Shown here: positions 62,395 through 64,000 of the stretch, piece by piece
Numbering within the stretch: the first letter of the stretch is position 1
Layout: each line of letters opens with the position of its first letter
IMG/VR virus record: IMGVR_UViG_3300024496_000011
Source: a virus
Strand: one strand, 5' to 3'
DNA: 64,000 bases
Notes under the pieces: generated by a model
Database searches by the model: none
The model's input: the letters and a program-made list of their open reading frames with translations, nothing else
What the model was told of the DNA's origin: nothing
Made by a program: the position numbers and the translations under genes

Positions 62395-63048
62395 TCAAAC
62401 TTCTACCGTGATCAGTTTGGAAGCATACTCATGAGCATACGAAGTGCGGGCACCATGATGCCCCCAACCAATCCAACTATACGCATAGTCCATGTAACGA
62501 TTGATAGACTTGCCAGGAGTTTTCATCCTGTCTTCAATTCGTTGCCATTGAACCTCAGTCATTAGATAACGAAGTTGCGTGTGAAGTGATGATGGAGAAC
62601 CACCATACCTCTTAGCAAAATCACCCAATCCATAATATCTGTCGGCAGATGTCCATTGAATCAGTCCATAACCGCGACCGCAGTTATGCCAACTGGTTCT
62701 GCTACCACCTTCGCAAATGTTAGGAATAAAAGTTGATTCCTGACGGATATTGCCCATAATGGTAGCAAGGGCGTTTCTGTCTTTAATACCACGATCCTGG
62801 AAAAAATCCAAGGTAGCATTCTCATATTCATTACACCCTTTACAAATTAGCCTTTTCTCTTTTGGCTTTATTGGTGCAACCTCGCGGATTGCTGTCGTCT
62901 CTGGTTCAAACTCTTTAATAATTGAGTAAGGTTTTTCTTCCACTGGGGGAGGCGGACCTTGCAGTTTATAACTAGAGAAAGGCAGTGATGCCGTATTGGT
63001 TGTAACCATTGCCATAAGGGGAACGGCTACAGTAAAGAAGTTAAGCAT
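62395..63048 (-). CDS. phage tail lysozyme-like (Phage_lysozyme2) cell-wall hydrolase with an N-terminal hydrophobic leader
   Basis: LATIMGNIRQES...GYGLIQWT...R...QL.Y; start MLNFFTVAVPLM chosen. Confidence 0.7.
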   Translation of the reverse strand: MLNFFTVAVPLMAMVTTNTASLPFSSYKLQGPPPPVEEKPYSIIKEFEPETTAIREVAPIKPKEKRLICKGCNEYENATLDFFQDRGIKDRNALATIMGNIRQESTFIPNICEGGSRTSWHNCGRGYGLIQWTSADRYYGLGDFAKRYGGSPSSLHTQLRYLMTEVQWQRIEDRMKTPGKSINRYMDYAYSWIGWGHHGARTSYAHEYASKLITVEV

Positions 63049-63059
63049 TAAAATTAATT

Positions 63060-63122
63060 GAACTCTACATCCGTATAGAAAGGGGGTACACCCTTTTCTC
63101 AAAGGGCACTTTCCACGGCTCT
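63060..63122 (-). ncRNA. structured 5' leader RNA (family unassigned)
   Basis: nested stems GAGC/GTTC, CCGT/ACGG, GAAAG/CTTTC and GCCCTTT-GAGA-AAAGGGT GNRA hairpin. Confidence 0.55.
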
Positions 63123-63215
63123 AAATGTCACTCAAAGTCTCATTATAAGAAAACCCACCTTATGGTGGGTTATTAACATTATAAGTTTTTATTTAGATTT
63201 TGTCAATTGGTTGGA

Positions 63216-63437
63216 TTACCGAACATCAACTTCTTGCTCATCTGTCCAATCATCATCCTCCAAACAAAGATAATTCAGTTCTTGCATTCCTTCTGGGATA
63301 TTAATCCACTCATCAAATTCGGAAGCAATTGCAAGAGCATTAAGTTGATCCTCCATTCCACCATGATCTGCAAGGTGACGAATCCGATCAATAGACCAAT
63401 TCCTCACATAAGGAACTGGTTCAATCTGAGTTTCCAT
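63216..63437 (-). CDS. hypothetical protein (73 aa)
   Basis: METQIEP start avoids a long overlap with the upstream gene. Confidence 0.6.
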   Translation of the reverse strand: METQIEPVPYVRNWSIDRIRHLADHGGMEDQLNALAIASEFDEWINIPEGMQELNYLCLEDDDWTDEQEVDVR

Positions 63438-63867
63438 AATAATCTTTTCGGAAGTACCTGTTGAGGATGTTGCTATTGTAGTAGGCGGGTGTTCCGTTGT
63501 CAAGTGATTCTGTGAGAACTCCGTTGACGAATAACTGTCTCGTTTCTTCGAAGTTTGTTTTGCCCTTTGTTTTATGTAATGATAAGATAGTTCGACTAAA
63601 ATTTTCTCTGCCCAATTTGTCAATGTCTTCTTTAAGTTCCGGACAAGACCCATAGTATTCTTTCCAATTAGATTCTGATTTTACTTTTCGTTTTTTACCT
63701 TTTGGTGTTCTAAATTGCCAAAGGTATTTTCTACCAATATATCTCTTACCGTTTAGTTTATTTTCAATCAAATAAACAAATCCATAATGGTCTCCGATAT
63801 CTTCACTTGTGAAAGGATTCCCATTATAGATCCAAGGATTATCATAGTCAATATCTATACTCATCAA
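63421..63867 (-). CDS. GIY-YIG endonuclease (T4 EndoII-like)
   Basis: YGFVYLIEN..NGKRYIGRK...NWKEYYGS...F.R.IL...YNSNI. Confidence 0.75.
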   Translation of the reverse strand: MMSIDIDYDNPWIYNGNPFTSEDIGDHYGFVYLIENKLNGKRYIGRKYLWQFRTPKGKKRKVKSESNWKEYYGSCPELKEDIDKLGRENFSRTILSLHKTKGKTNFEETRQLFVNGVLTESLDNGTPAYYNSNILNRYFRKDYYGNSD

Positions 63868-64000
63868 TAATATCTAAAACCTCATTCAGATATTTATGAG
63901 CAAGTCCTTTCATATCCATTTCTGGTCGAATATGATCTTTGTGTAATTTATCTTTTAATTTTAAAACACGAACTTTAAGTTCGTCTTTGTTTATTTGATT
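63848..64000 (-). CDS. hypothetical protein (5' truncated by window edge)
   Basis: ...KDELKVRVLKLKDKL...AHKYLNEVLDIIDEYRY*. Confidence 0.55.
   Translation of the reverse strand, partial: NQINKDELKVRVLKLKDKLHKDHIRPEMDMKGLAHKYLNEVLDIIDEYRY

Noticed and set aside
63438-63653. N-terminal extension of ORF 63216..63653
   Set aside because: It overlaps the GIY-YIG gene on the same strand; Met 63437 gives a typical short overlap.
1-64000. Integrase, transposase, rRNA or host-chromosome context
   Set aside because: None seen; gene content and late promoters fit a lytic T4-like phage throughout.

Overview
A 64-kb, AT-rich segment of a T4-like cyanomyovirus genome, mostly coded on the minus strand. 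A freshwater picocyanobacterial host is plausible but is inference only. Left to right: a Mom-like DNA-modification gene and two tRNAs; a baseplate/tail module (gp5-, gp27-like, two long tape-measure-like proteins, gp51, gp26, gp54, gp4, gp2, gp48, gp53) with cp12 inside it; replication/transcription genes (gp32, gp59, gp33, exonuclease, phoH, thyX); a candidate nitrogen-sensing cassette (NtcA box, tandem glutamine-riboswitch-like RNAs with a 67-aa ORF nested in the first, DUF4278-like peptide) next to speD; psbD, an F-CphI-like endonuclease and intronless psbA; a 1235-aa protein with an ADP-ribosyltransferase-like insert; four predicted exported proteins on the plus strand; two lysins sharing an N-terminal domain; peroxiredoxin, two hli genes, petF and an outer-membrane beta-barrel; a roughly 12-kb nucleotide-sugar/glycosyltransferase island; a manA-like ncRNA interrupted by an ORF; and a tRNA array carrying two HNH endonucleases, dps, a non-canonical tRNA-like element and unexplained structured RNAs. 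All calls come from motif recognition and manual base-pairing; no database searches were run.
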